Source: Patescibacteria group bacterium
Lineage (GTDB): Bacteria > Patescibacteriota > Patescibacteriia > Patescibacteriales > UBA12465
Direction of reading: 5' to 3'
NCBI GenBank assembly: GCA_041651355.1
Contig: JBAZJK010000001.1
Coordinates: forward strand, 37,883 to 101,882
DNA length: 64,000 nucleotides
Below the pieces are notes generated by a model, which made no database searches, had not been told where the DNA came from, and was given only the letters and a program-made list of their open reading frames with translations. Shown here in pieces: positions 26,491-36,174 of this stretch (the stretch's first letter is position 1; each line of letters begins with the position of its first letter). Position numbers and translations under genes: made by a program.

Positions 26491-28194
26491 ATGAAATTTA
26501 ATTTTTTGAACAAGCTAGAAAACAACGTTAATCCTGGTTCTTTTTGGTTACGCCGCTGGCGGCCCTTTGCGCTTTTTTTGCTTTTAGCCCTGCTAGTTTA
26601 CGGCCAAACCCTATTTTTTGATTTTTCTTATCTAGATGATAATAGTTTGATAATCGATAACGCCCTTATCCTTGATCAAGCCAGCCTGCCCGACCTCTTT
26701 TCTTATGACGTTTTTTTCTCTAACGAAAGATTTTACTATCGCCCGATAATGTCCTTATCTTTATGGGTCGATTTTAAGATAATGGAAGCTTTACCCTTTT
26801 GGTATCATCTTACTAATGTTTTATTGCATGTATTAGCTGCCAGTCTGCTTTTCGTCTTTTTGCAGAAACTAAATATTAGGCGTGTCTTAGCTTGGTGGGC
26901 TTCAGTCATATTTTTAGTTCATCCAGCTTTGGCTGCCGCCGTCGCTTGGGTCCCGGGTCGTAATGATTCTCTTTTAGCGGTTTTTGTGTTAGCCAGCTTT
27001 ATCGCTTTAGATAGGTTCTGGCGCAACGCTAGCTGGAGCGCTTGGATCTGGCACGCGATCTTTCTGATTTTAGCCTTGTTCACTAAAGAGAGCGCCGTAT
27101 TCCTGCCCATTCTCATGTCAATGTATTTGGTTTATTTTGCAGATTTGAAATTAAGGAATATCTGGCGTCGGAATGAAAACTTTTTATCCGAAGATAGCGA
27201 GAAGCCAGCCCTTATTTCTGCTTCTAATCTCGAAACTCAAATTAATCCTTCAGCTAAAAAAATAATTGTTCTCGTCTGTACTTGGCTGACGGCTTTAGTT
27301 GTCTGGTATCTGCCCCGTAGCATTGTTTTAGAAGGCGCAAGTCTAGGATTCAAGCCTTTGGCCTGGTCGTTTTTTACCAACCTGCCTGGGCTTTTCCTTT
27401 ATCTAGGTAAGATAGTTTTCCCTTTGAACCTATCAACCTTTCCGACAGTAATTGATTCGCCTTGGTGGCCAGGTTTGTTCATTTTAATCTTGGCGGTAGT
27501 GATATTTTTCCGTTGGTCGCCTCAGGCCCGTCGCCCTTACCTGATTTTTGGTTTAAGCTGGGGATTTTTATTTATAGCTCCGTCTCTGCTTAATCCTAAC
27601 TATAGCCGCGATTTGCCCTTTGCCTTTTTAGAGCATCGTTTGTACCTGCCTTTCATCGGGGCTCTAATAGTCTTATTAGAACTTGATTTTGTCAAAGCTT
27701 TGAACTTCAAGAGGGCTGGGGTTAAGATCGGATTAGCCCTTTTGCTTTTAGTTTTTATCTTGCTCACCCTTGATCATAGCCGTAATTATCGCGATCGCTT
27801 CGCTTTCTGGTCGAGCGCCGCGACCGCGGCCCCCCACTCCGCTTTTGTCCGGTCTAACCTAGGGGCGATGTATTATTTGTCCGATGATCTTTTCAATGCC
27901 GGTAAGCAGTATCAAAAAGCTTTAGCTCTGAATTACAAAGAGCCGATGACTCATAATAATCTGGGGCTGGTTTATTTAGATCAAAAAAAATACCCTGAAG
28001 CTGAAAAAGAGTTCAATCTAGAATTGGCCTACAATCCCAATTATGATAAAGCTTTGTTTAATCTGGGGCGCTTATATTATTTGCAGAAGCGCTATCTGGA
28101 GGCCGCCTATTATTGGCAAGCAACTCTCGTGATTAACCCCAGCTATTATCAGGCCTATCAGTATTTACTTTTAGTAAGGGATAAAATAGAATAG
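26491..28194 (+). CDS. GT-C-type membrane glycosyltransferase, TMTC/PMT_2-like, with C-terminal TPR repeats
   Basis: The polytopic N-terminal region carries YYRPIMSLSLW, YHLTNVLLHVLAA and VHPALAAAVAWVPGRNDSL (the TMTC/DUF1736-like pattern). Three or more TPR repeats lie at the C-terminus (NLGLVYLDQKKYPEAEKEF...). ATG 26491 is preferred over GTG 26470. Confidence 0.65.
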   Translation: MKFNFLNKLENNVNPGSFWLRRWRPFALFLLLALLVYGQTLFFDFSYLDDNSLIIDNALILDQASLPDLFSYDVFFSNERFYYRPIMSLSLWVDFKIMEALPFWYHLTNVLLHVLAASLLFVFLQKLNIRRVLAWWASVIFLVHPALAAAVAWVPGRNDSLLAVFVLASFIALDRFWRNASWSAWIWHAIFLILALFTKESAVFLPILMSMYLVYFADLKLRNIWRRNENFLSEDSEKPALISASNLETQINPSAKKIIVLVCTWLTALVVWYLPRSIVLEGASLGFKPLAWSFFTNLPGLFLYLGKIVFPLNLSTFPTVIDSPWWPGLFILILAVVIFFRWSPQARRPYLIFGLSWGFLFIAPSLLNPNYSRDLPFAFLEHRLYLPFIGALIVLLELDFVKALNFKRAGVKIGLALLLLVFILLTLDHSRNYRDRFAFWSSAATAAPHSAFVRSNLGAMYYLSDDLFNAGKQYQKALALNYKEPMTHNNLGLVYLDQKKYPEAEKEFNLELAYNPNYDKALFNLGRLYYLQKRYLEAAYYWQATLVINPSYYQAYQYLLLVRDKIE

Positions 28195-28215
28195 AAGTTT
28201 GGAGGTCCCATATTT

Positions 28216-29859
28216 ATGTTTAAAAAAATTTTCCGCCAACAAATAAATAGCGTGACCGTCGCCGCGGCTTTAGTGGCCTTGTCATCTTTAGCTTCCCGCG
28301 CCTTGGGCGTTTTGCGTGACCGAATCTTGGCAGGGCGCTTTGGTGCCGGGCTTGATTTGGATATTTATTATGCCGCTTTCAGGATTCCTGACTTGATTTT
28401 TAATCTCTTAGTCCTGGGCGCTTTGTCAGCCGGCTTCATTCCGATCTTTTCCAGCTTAATCAAAGACATGAAATGTGATCGCCGGGTATGCTATAGTGAC
28501 TCTCCTAACCGTGAAGCCTGGTATTTAGCCGCTAACGTGTTAAATATTTTAAGTCTAGGTTTGATAATCCTTTCTTTAGCGGGCGTTATTCTGGCCCCGC
28601 AGATTATCAGCCTGATTACTCCTGGTTTTAGCCTTGAGGCTAAAGCAAAAACGGTGGAACTAACTAGGTTGATGTTTTTGTCGCCTATCTTTTTAGGGAT
28701 TTCTGGAGTCTTGGGCGGAATTTTGCAATCATTCAAACGTTTTTTCTTATATTCCTTGGCTCCGATATTATACAATCTGGGGATTATTTTCGGGGCCCTA
28801 TATTTATCCGAAGATTTTGGGATGCTAGGCTTAGCTTGGGGGGTAGTGATCGGCGCTGCTCTGCATATGCTCGTTCAGATGCCCACTGTTTTCGGTTTAG
28901 GCTTCCGTTATCATTGGCGCTTTGACTTTAAGGATTTTAAAACCAGGCAGATTGGCCGGATGATGGTGCCCCGGACCTTGAGTTTGGCTATTTCCCAGAT
29001 TAATCTGGTAGTGACGACAATCATTGCCTCCAGCTTGGCTAGCGGGTCGTTGTCGGTTTTTAATTTTGCTAATAATTTACAGTCTTTCCCCATCGGTATC
29101 TTCGGCATTTCTTACGCTGTCGCAGCCTTTCCTGCGCTGGCAGCCGCTGCTTCCGACCGGGAAAAGCTAAAGCAGAATTTTTCTTTGCCTTTTCGGCAGA
29201 TATTATTTTTCATTATCCCGGCTACCGTTTTCTTGATTACATTAAGAGCCCAGATTATCAGAGTGGTGTTAGGAACGGGTGAATTTGACTGGCGAGCCAC
29301 CGTTTTGACTATGGATTGTTTAGCAGCCTTCGCTTTAAGTCTGTTCGCTCAAGCGACCATCCCGCTTTTAGTGAGAGTTTTTTATGCCCGACATAATTCC
29401 AAAACGCCTTTTTATCTCGGTCTAGTTACGGTGATAATTAATATTGTGCTGGCTTGGTATTTAGCACCGATCTGGGGCGTCACCGGCTTAGTTTTAGCTT
29501 TCTCTGTCGCTAATATCATCAATTTTATCCTCCTAGGCGTTTGGCTTTATAGTGAAGTCGGGGATTTGGATATCAGGAAGATCTTGGGGTCCTCCCTTAA
29601 ATTCTGTGTCGCCGCTATCTTGGGTGGCACAGTTTTGCAATTAGCGAAGTTAGCGGTTTGGCCCTTTATCGATATGACCAGGTTCTCAGGCGTCTTTATC
29701 CAGCTCTCGGTTTCTCTGGGTTTAGGCCTTTTGGTTTATCTGATGACTTGTTATTTCTTGCGCAGTGAGGAATTATTCGGCCTTTTAGCTTCCCTGAAAA
29801 ACCGTTGGCCTTTCCGCAAGGTAGAGGTTGAAGACCAGGGAGAGGCCCGAGGCGTCTAA
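28216..29859 (+). CDS. murJ: Lipid II flippase MurJ (MviN)
   Basis: SRALGVLRDRILAGRFGAGLDLDIYYAAFRIPDLIFNLL is the classic MurJ N-terminus, and the protein has about 14 TM segments. Confidence 0.9.
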   Translation: MFKKIFRQQINSVTVAAALVALSSLASRALGVLRDRILAGRFGAGLDLDIYYAAFRIPDLIFNLLVLGALSAGFIPIFSSLIKDMKCDRRVCYSDSPNREAWYLAANVLNILSLGLIILSLAGVILAPQIISLITPGFSLEAKAKTVELTRLMFLSPIFLGISGVLGGILQSFKRFFLYSLAPILYNLGIIFGALYLSEDFGMLGLAWGVVIGAALHMLVQMPTVFGLGFRYHWRFDFKDFKTRQIGRMMVPRTLSLAISQINLVVTTIIASSLASGSLSVFNFANNLQSFPIGIFGISYAVAAFPALAAAASDREKLKQNFSLPFRQILFFIIPATVFLITLRAQIIRVVLGTGEFDWRATVLTMDCLAAFALSLFAQATIPLLVRVFYARHNSKTPFYLGLVTVIINIVLAWYLAPIWGVTGLVLAFSVANIINFILLGVWLYSEVGDLDIRKILGSSLKFCVAAILGGTVLQLAKLAVWPFIDMTRFSGVFIQLSVSLGLGLLVYLMTCYFLRSEELFGLLASLKNRWPFRKVEVEDQGEARGV

Positions 29860-29939
29860 TTGACCAAAATAGTTAAATAATTTAAGATAAAGGTAGGCCT
29901 TAAGCGATATTTAAATGTCGCTTTATTTATATTAAAAAC

Positions 29940-31763
29940 ATGTCAGATTTAAGTAAAATTAGGAATTTTTGCATTATTGCGCATATTGATCATGGGAAGT
30001 CGACTTTGGCTGACCGGATGTTGGAAATTACCAATACGGTCGAGAAGAGAAAGATGAAAGATCAGCTTTTAGACGGGATGGATATTGAAAGGGAGCGTGG
30101 AATTACTATTAAGTTACAGCCGGTCACCATGGAATATCAGGGCTATAAACTCAACTTGATAGATACCCCCGGTCACGTTGATTTCTCTTATGAAGTGTCC
30201 CGGTCTTTAGCGGCGGTGGAAACGGCGGTTTTGCTAGTGGATTGCACTCAGGGCATCCAAGCCCAGACTCTGGCCAATTTATATCTAGCTTTAGAACAGA
30301 ACCTGACCATCATTCCGGTAGTTAATAAGATTGATTTACCGGCAGCGGATGTAGATAAGACGAAGCATGAAATTATCAAGCTGCTTGGGTGTCGGGAAGA
30401 AGAGATAATTTGCAGCTCTGGCAAGACAGGCGTCGGGGTGACTGATATCTTGGAGGCGGTGATTAAACATGGGCCTCAGCCTGCACTTAATGAATCTGAT
30501 AATGATTCCCGCTATCCTCGGGCGCTCATCTTCGATTCTAAATATGATGAATATAAAGGTGTGGTCGCTTACGTCCGGGTGTTTAACGGGGAACTAAAAA
30601 AAGGCGATAAGCTGAGACTTTTGGCGACGGCGGCAGAAAGTGAAATTCTTGATGTTGGCATCTTCCGGCCCGACTATTTTTCTACCGGCACTCTGCAGGC
30701 CGGCGATATCGGTTATGTGATTACCGGTTTCAAACAAGTAGCTGAATGCCGGGTAGGGGACACTTTAACTGCTAATATCGGCACCAGCTTTAACGCCCAG
30801 GTTAAGCCGCTATCTGGCTATAAGGATGTAAAGCCCATGGTGTTTGCCGGAATATTTCCTAAAGAAGGTAATGATTTTAAGGAACTCAGGGAAGCGATGG
30901 AAAAGCTTAAATTAAACGATGCCGCTTTAGCCTATGAGCCTGAACGTTCTGATGCTTTAGGCTTTGGTTTCCGTTGCGGCTTCTTAGGGCTTTTGCATTT
31001 AGAGGTTTTTCAGGAAAGATTGCGCCGGGAATATAATTTAGATCTGATTGTGACTATCCCCAGCGTTGCCTATCGTGTTTTCAAAACTGATGGCGAAGAA
31101 CTGATTATCCGGACTCCTCAGCGTTTGCCTGATCCTAGCATGATTGGCCATATTGAAGAGCCTTGGGTCCTTTTGGATATTGTGACTCCTAAATCTTATC
31201 TAGGTAATATCATCAAATTAACCCAGGAGAAAAGAGGGGTATATAAAAATACGGAGTATCTATCAGATGAGGGTGAAAATAGCCGGGTTCTCCTGCATTA
31301 CGAGATCCCGATGGCCGCAATCCTGACTGACTTCTACGACAAGATTAAGAGCGTGTCTGCCGGCTACGCCTCGATAAATTATGAGTATTTAGATTATCGG
31401 GAAGCTGACGTGGTCAAGATGGATATTTTAGTGGCGGAAGACATTATCGAATCGCTAGCCACTATAGTTTATCGCGACCAAGCGTTCAGAGAGGGTAAGG
31501 AGATCGTCCAGATTTTAAAAGACACTTTGCCCAAACAGATGTTCGTGGTAAAATTACAAGCAGCGATTGGCGGTAAGGTCATCGCGGCCGAACGTTTGTC
31601 AGCGATGCGCAAAGATGTGACCGCTAAGCTCTATGGCGGCGATGTTAGTCGGAAACGCAAGCTTCTAGAAAAGCAGAAGAAGGGTAAGAAAAAAATGATG
31701 GCTGCCGGCAAGGGTAGCGTCGATATACCGCCAGATACTTTTGTTAAGATTTTAAAACGATAA
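29940..31763 (+). CDS. lepA: Elongation factor 4 (LepA)
   Basis: IRNFCIIAHIDHGKSTLADR, DTPGHVDF, NKIDLP, and the C-terminal LepA-specific region. Confidence 0.97.
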   Translation: MSDLSKIRNFCIIAHIDHGKSTLADRMLEITNTVEKRKMKDQLLDGMDIERERGITIKLQPVTMEYQGYKLNLIDTPGHVDFSYEVSRSLAAVETAVLLVDCTQGIQAQTLANLYLALEQNLTIIPVVNKIDLPAADVDKTKHEIIKLLGCREEEIICSSGKTGVGVTDILEAVIKHGPQPALNESDNDSRYPRALIFDSKYDEYKGVVAYVRVFNGELKKGDKLRLLATAAESEILDVGIFRPDYFSTGTLQAGDIGYVITGFKQVAECRVGDTLTANIGTSFNAQVKPLSGYKDVKPMVFAGIFPKEGNDFKELREAMEKLKLNDAALAYEPERSDALGFGFRCGFLGLLHLEVFQERLRREYNLDLIVTIPSVAYRVFKTDGEELIIRTPQRLPDPSMIGHIEEPWVLLDIVTPKSYLGNIIKLTQEKRGVYKNTEYLSDEGENSRVLLHYEIPMAAILTDFYDKIKSVSAGYASINYEYLDYREADVVKMDILVAEDIIESLATIVYRDQAFREGKEIVQILKDTLPKQMFVVKLQAAIGGKVIAAERLSAMRKDVTAKLYGGDVSRKRKLLEKQKKGKKKMMAAGKGSVDIPPDTFVKILKR

Positions 31764-31770
31764 TCAATTT

Positions 31771-31869
31771 ATGAAACGCAAAAAGATCGTCAAAGCGATT
31801 TGGGTAGTTATCTCGGTCATGGTAGTCTTATCAATGATTACCTGGACCCTAGGGATCGGCCTCTTATAA
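31771..31869 (+). CDS. Possible 32-aa hydrophobic micro-protein (MKRKKIVKAIWVVISVMVVLSMITWTLGIGLL)
   Basis: Not in the ORF track because it is too short. It has an ATG start, a basic N-terminus followed by one TM-like helix, and it exactly fills the lepA-recJ gap. No other support. Confidence 0.25.
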   Translation: MKRKKIVKAIWVVISVMVVLSMITWTLGIGLL

Positions 31870-31880
31870 AATAAAGCCCT

Positions 31881-33716
31881 ATGAAGCAATGGCAGTTAGC
31901 GCCACTCGCGCCGTCTGAATTTATCCAGGCCAACCCCGGCGTTAATCCCTTATTATTGCAGCTCCTGTATAATCGGGGCCTAAAAACCGAAGCCAGCCTC
32001 CGGTCTTTTTTAGATAAGCGTCTTGACGCTGATAAGGTTCTGAAACTCAGTGGCAATGATGGTCTAAGCGCTGACGACTTATTATTTTACGATCCCTTCC
32101 TATTCAAAGACATGGCGGCTGTTGTCGACCTGATTATTTCCCATATCAAATCAGGCCATAAGATCCTAGTCTATGGCGATTATGACGCTGATGGTGTCAC
32201 CTCCACCGTAATATTATTGGAAACCCTGAAGATCTTGAAAGCTGAGGTAGATATTTATTTGCCCGATCGGGTCAGTGAAGGCTATGGCTTAAATAAAGCG
32301 GCTATTGAAGTCGCAGCTGAGCAGGGAAACAGATTGATTATCACGGTTGATAACGGTATCCGCAATTTCGCTGAAGTCGCCTATGCTAAGAGCTTAGGCT
32401 TAGAAGTGGTTATCACTGATCATCACATTTTGCCCGAGAATCCTGAGGAAGTTCCAGATTGTCTAATAATTAACCCTTCGGATCCGCGTAACAACTATCC
32501 CTGGCCTTTGTTGGCCGGAGTGGGCACAGCTTTCAAGCTGATAACCGCCTTGCTCCATAAGGCAAACTTACCCTTGAATCAGAAGCGGCTAATCTTGGAA
32601 AAAAGCCTTGATTTGGTAGCGATCGGTACGATTGCTGACTTAGTCAGCCTTTTGGGCGAGAATCGCCTGTTGGTGCAAAAAGGCTTAGAGGTTCTAAATC
32701 GCGGCCAGCGCTTAGGCTTAAATGAACTTATTAAAGTTTCTAAAATAAATGGTGGCAAAAAAATCGAAGCTTGGAATGTTGGTTGGCAGATCGGTCCTCG
32801 CCTTAACGCCGCTAGCCGTATCGGCCATGCCAACAGCGCCTTTTCTTTACTCACCACCAATGATCCCGAAGAGGCTAGGATGCTAGCCCAAGAGCTTAGT
32901 CAGCGGAATTCTAGTCGCCAGCAGATTACCGAAGAAATTATTTCCCAGGTAGATAGCCAGGTTGATAAGGAGAATATTCCTTCTTTGATTATTGGCGTTT
33001 CCGGAGACGATCAGAATTGGAATGAAGGCGTCATCGGCTTAGTAGCTGGCCGGATTTGCGAAAAGTATTATCGCCCCTGTTTGATTATAACCAGGATTAT
33101 CGAAGAGGCCTCTCTTGATCCGGAGAGCGGGCGCTTGGTCGCTAAGAAAGTTAGTTTCAAAGGTTCTGGTCGCTCGATTGAAGAACTTAACCTGATTGCC
33201 GCTATTGAAGATAGCGCTGAGTTTTTAGATAAATATGGCGGCCATCCCATGGCTTGCGGTTTTTCCATTGCTAGCCAAGAGAATCTAAATGGATTCATTA
33301 AGAAAATAAGCCAGGCGGCCGATGTTAAGCTGGCTGGCCAGGAACTTCAGCCTAAAGTCAAAGTCGAAGCTGAATTGAAGATGGATGAACTCAGTCTTGA
33401 TTTAGCTGAAGAACTGAGCCAATTAGCCCCCTATGGCCAGAATAATCCTCAACCTAAGCTCTTGTCTCGGCAGCTGCGCCTGGATGATATCATGACCATG
33501 GGCTTTGAGAACCAGCACATCAAATTTAGGGTGTCTTCCGGACGGAGTAGCGCCTGGGCTCTAGCCTTTGGTGCGGCGGGGGAATATAAAGATTTTCAGG
33601 TGGGCGACCTGGTTGATTTAGTCTATTATTTAGAGATCAATGATTTTAACGGCCGCCGGGAAGTACAGCTCAAGATTGTTGATATGAAATTGGCAGATAG
33701 GGGCGGCGATAAGTAA
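31881..33716 (+). CDS. recJ: Single-stranded-DNA-specific exonuclease RecJ
   Basis: DHH motifs: VYGDYDADGVTS, ITVDNG, VITDHH, plus the DHHA1 motif GGHPMACGF. Confidence 0.9.
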   Translation: MKQWQLAPLAPSEFIQANPGVNPLLLQLLYNRGLKTEASLRSFLDKRLDADKVLKLSGNDGLSADDLLFYDPFLFKDMAAVVDLIISHIKSGHKILVYGDYDADGVTSTVILLETLKILKAEVDIYLPDRVSEGYGLNKAAIEVAAEQGNRLIITVDNGIRNFAEVAYAKSLGLEVVITDHHILPENPEEVPDCLIINPSDPRNNYPWPLLAGVGTAFKLITALLHKANLPLNQKRLILEKSLDLVAIGTIADLVSLLGENRLLVQKGLEVLNRGQRLGLNELIKVSKINGGKKIEAWNVGWQIGPRLNAASRIGHANSAFSLLTTNDPEEARMLAQELSQRNSSRQQITEEIISQVDSQVDKENIPSLIIGVSGDDQNWNEGVIGLVAGRICEKYYRPCLIITRIIEEASLDPESGRLVAKKVSFKGSGRSIEELNLIAAIEDSAEFLDKYGGHPMACGFSIASQENLNGFIKKISQAADVKLAGQELQPKVKVEAELKMDELSLDLAEELSQLAPYGQNNPQPKLLSRQLRLDDIMTMGFENQHIKFRVSSGRSSAWALAFGAAGEYKDFQVGDLVDLVYYLEINDFNGRREVQLKIVDMKLADRGGDK

Positions 33717-33725
33717 TATAATTAT

Positions 33726-34127
33726 ATGAAATTATTCATCTACACTGATGGTGGCGCCCGTGGCAATCCTGGTCCGGCGGGCATCGGAGCCGTGATTTAC
33801 GATGAAGACAAAAAAGTCATAGCCGAGGTGTCGGAATATTTGGGGGTAGCAACTAATAATCAGGCGGAGTATAAAGCCGTGATTGCCGCCTTAAAGAAAG
33901 CCAAAGAGATGGGTGGCACAGAGCTATCTTTTTATTTAGATAGCGAGTTAGCTGTGAAGCAGCTAAACCGGGAGTATAAAGTAAAAAACAAAGACTTGGC
34001 GCCTTTGTTTTTAGAGGTATATAATTTAAGCTTAAGTTTTAAGAAAGTCTCTTTTTCTCATATCCGCCGCGAGTTCAATCAGGTGGCAGATAGATTGGCT
34101 AATGAGGCGATGGATAGGGGAAATTAA
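33726..34127 (+). CDS. rnhA: Ribonuclease HI
   Basis: TDGGARGNPGPAGIGAVI, NNQAEYKAVIAAL and NQVADRLAN cover the DEDD catalytic residues. Confidence 0.85.
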   Translation: MKLFIYTDGGARGNPGPAGIGAVIYDEDKKVIAEVSEYLGVATNNQAEYKAVIAALKKAKEMGGTELSFYLDSELAVKQLNREYKVKNKDLAPLFLEVYNLSLSFKKVSFSHIRREFNQVADRLANEAMDRGN

Positions 34128-35284
34128 TATCTTTTAGTATATAATCTGCCATCAGAATGACTGTTGGCATATTTTTTTACTGTTTCAAAACTCATTGAGC
34201 TACTAACACAGTTGCCTGGTTCTTTTCCTGAACCTCCGTGGCAGTCCCCGAATAATCCTTTGCCCATATAGATAATAACATGCCCACTGCCTTTTTTATT
34301 ATTTTTTGGTGCCCAACCAACCATATCTCCTGGTTTGAGGCTTTCTAGCTTTTGGTCCCAAACTTGTTGGTCTTTAAATATGTCAGCGCTTCGGCCACCG
34401 GTATCTCGACCAGTGGCACATTTAAAAACAAAGGAAGAAAAGCTGGAACAATCTAAGTAAACGAAATTTCCTGGCGCTGATTGTCCTCGCAATTTCTGGC
34501 TGTAAGTAACTTTACCTTTTGCCTTTTTTACAATCTGCTCCACTGAATCCTGATTACAGTTTACACCCAACACAGAGGCTATACCGGTTACATCAAGTGA
34601 TATTCCTGGCGACTCGTTATCGCCTTCAAGCTCTATTTCCTCTATGTATCCCAGAGACAGGGCTTTGAATTTTGTCAGGTCAGGATTGATCTGGTAGAGG
34701 ATTACATAAGAACAGAGAAGAAGCACCAAGCCGCTAATACTGCCGATGATTAGTTCTTTGGATTGGGTAATTTTGGAAGCGTCGCCACCAGAAACCAGCC
34801 AGATTATACCCCCAATCATCAAAACTATGACGGCTGCAATGCCGGCGATGCCGACGGCGTATTTATAAACACCCCCGATATATTCACCTATCCAATTAAC
34901 CTTGCAGACCGGAGGCGTGCCGGTACATTTGGCTTCGGAGAAATTAGCCATGCCCGGTATTTTTATGGCTAATTCCGGGATTTTGAATTTAGGCTGTTCT
35001 GCTTCTGGCGCCGTCGCATTATTTGTTAGTTGGCCATTGGTAAGAGAAAAATTTCCGATATCACAGCAACATTCTGCTTTTATTAATCCGCATGAACCTT
35101 TGCCGGTGCAAGCGCCAAGGCCGCCAACAGTTCCTCCTAAACTATAGCAAAAATCAGCTGTTGTTTTATGTATTGAGAGATCATTGCATTGCCAGCTACA
35201 GGTTGCAGCTGAAGCAACACTAGATAGGGATAAGCCCAATATGCAGAAAAATAGTATCATTATTGTCTTTTTACCATTTTTCAT
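34124..35284 (-). CDS. Exported Cys-rich protein with a VirB2/TrbC-pilin-like two-helix membrane module fused to a C-terminal NlpC/P60 peptidoglycan endopeptidase domain
   Basis: Four parts are visible: a signal peptide (ILFFCILGLSLSSVASA), a Cys-rich N-domain (CSWQC...ECCCD), a hydrophobic hairpin (AVGIAGIAAVIVLMIGGIIWLVSGGDASK...GSISGLVLLLCSYVILYQINPDL), and NlpC/P60 motifs YLDCSSFSSFVF (catalytic Cys) and GHVIIYMG (His). The start overlaps the porB stop by 4 nt. Confidence 0.65.
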   Translation of the reverse strand: MKNGKKTIMILFFCILGLSLSSVASAATCSWQCNDLSIHKTTADFCYSLGGTVGGLGACTGKGSCGLIKAECCCDIGNFSLTNGQLTNNATAPEAEQPKFKIPELAIKIPGMANFSEAKCTGTPPVCKVNWIGEYIGGVYKYAVGIAGIAAVIVLMIGGIIWLVSGGDASKITQSKELIIGSISGLVLLLCSYVILYQINPDLTKFKALSLGYIEEIELEGDNESPGISLDVTGIASVLGVNCNQDSVEQIVKKAKGKVTYSQKLRGQSAPGNFVYLDCSSFSSFVFKCATGRDTGGRSADIFKDQQVWDQKLESLKPGDMVGWAPKNNKKGSGHVIIYMGKGLFGDCHGGSGKEPGNCVSSSMSFETVKKYANSHSDGRLYTKRY

Positions 35285-36153
35285 ATTTTGTATTTCCTGA
35301 TATTCTCATCCGCTAGGCTTTGGATATATTTTATATCATCCGGTTTTAAATGTTTAAATCTTCCTTGGGCTTTTAAATATTCTTCTACGGGAATAGGCTT
35401 AGATTCTTTCTTGATGCTAGAAGAGCTTAATTTCCCCTCCGTATACTCTAGTAAAGGATAGAGGGCGGTCTGAACGGCTAGTTTACCCATTTTGACTGCC
35501 TCATCATTGTTTATCTTCCAACCGGGCATACAAGGAGAAAGAATCTGGATATAGCTCGGGCCTTGGATGGCCAGGGCTTTTTTAATTTTGTTAGTAATAT
35601 CATCGGGAAAGCCAGCCGTGCTTTGGGCTACATAATTTAGACCATGAGCCAAGGCAACCGCGAGCATGTCTTTTTTTCTTTGCGCTGAACCGATGGATTT
35701 TAGACCATCAGGAGTGGTGGTAGTGCTAGCTCCATAGGGAGTGGCTCCGGAAGCCTGGATGCCGGTGTTGGAATAGGCTTCGGTATCATAACAAATGTAT
35801 AGGATATTTTCTCCTCTTTCCCACATACCGCTGATTAAGCCGAAGCCAATATCAAAAGTGCCGCCATCACCAGCTTGTACGACTACTTTTGTTTTATTAT
35901 CTCCCTTCTTATTCAAAGCGGCCAAGATGCCGGAAGCGACCGAAGCAGCATTCTCGAATAAAGAGTGAATCCAGGGTAGGCCCCAGGCGCTTTGCGGATA
36001 TGAGGTTGTAGTTACTTCAAGACAACCAGTAGCATTGGCGATAATAACATCTTTATTTAAAGCTCTCATGACCGCCTGAGCGGCGACCATCTGGCCGCAA
36101 CCCGCGCAGGCATTATGGCCAGGCGAGAGGAAGGAATTATTTTTATTTAACAT
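35281..36153 (-). CDS. porB: Pyruvate:ferredoxin (2-oxoacid) oxidoreductase, beta (TPP-binding) subunit
   Basis: CAGCGQ, GDGGTFDIGFG (TPP/Mg motif) and SPCMPGW. Confidence 0.9.
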   Translation of the reverse strand: MLNKNNSFLSPGHNACAGCGQMVAAQAVMRALNKDVIIANATGCLEVTTTSYPQSAWGLPWIHSLFENAASVASGILAALNKKGDNKTKVVVQAGDGGTFDIGFGLISGMWERGENILYICYDTEAYSNTGIQASGATPYGASTTTTPDGLKSIGSAQRKKDMLAVALAHGLNYVAQSTAGFPDDITNKIKKALAIQGPSYIQILSPCMPGWKINNDEAVKMGKLAVQTALYPLLEYTEGKLSSSSIKKESKPIPVEEYLKAQGRFKHLKPDDIKYIQSLADENIRKYKI

Positions 36154-36174
36154 ATATCTCTGTCCCCTAGTTTT

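Noticed and set aside
29860-29925. TTGACC-17-TAAGAT promoter-like element followed by an aagcga/tcgctt hairpin between murJ and lepA.
   Set aside because: The hairpin lies downstream of the putative promoter, so the two readings (lepA promoter versus murJ terminator) conflict. Both are weak in an AT-rich spacer, so neither is reported as a feature.
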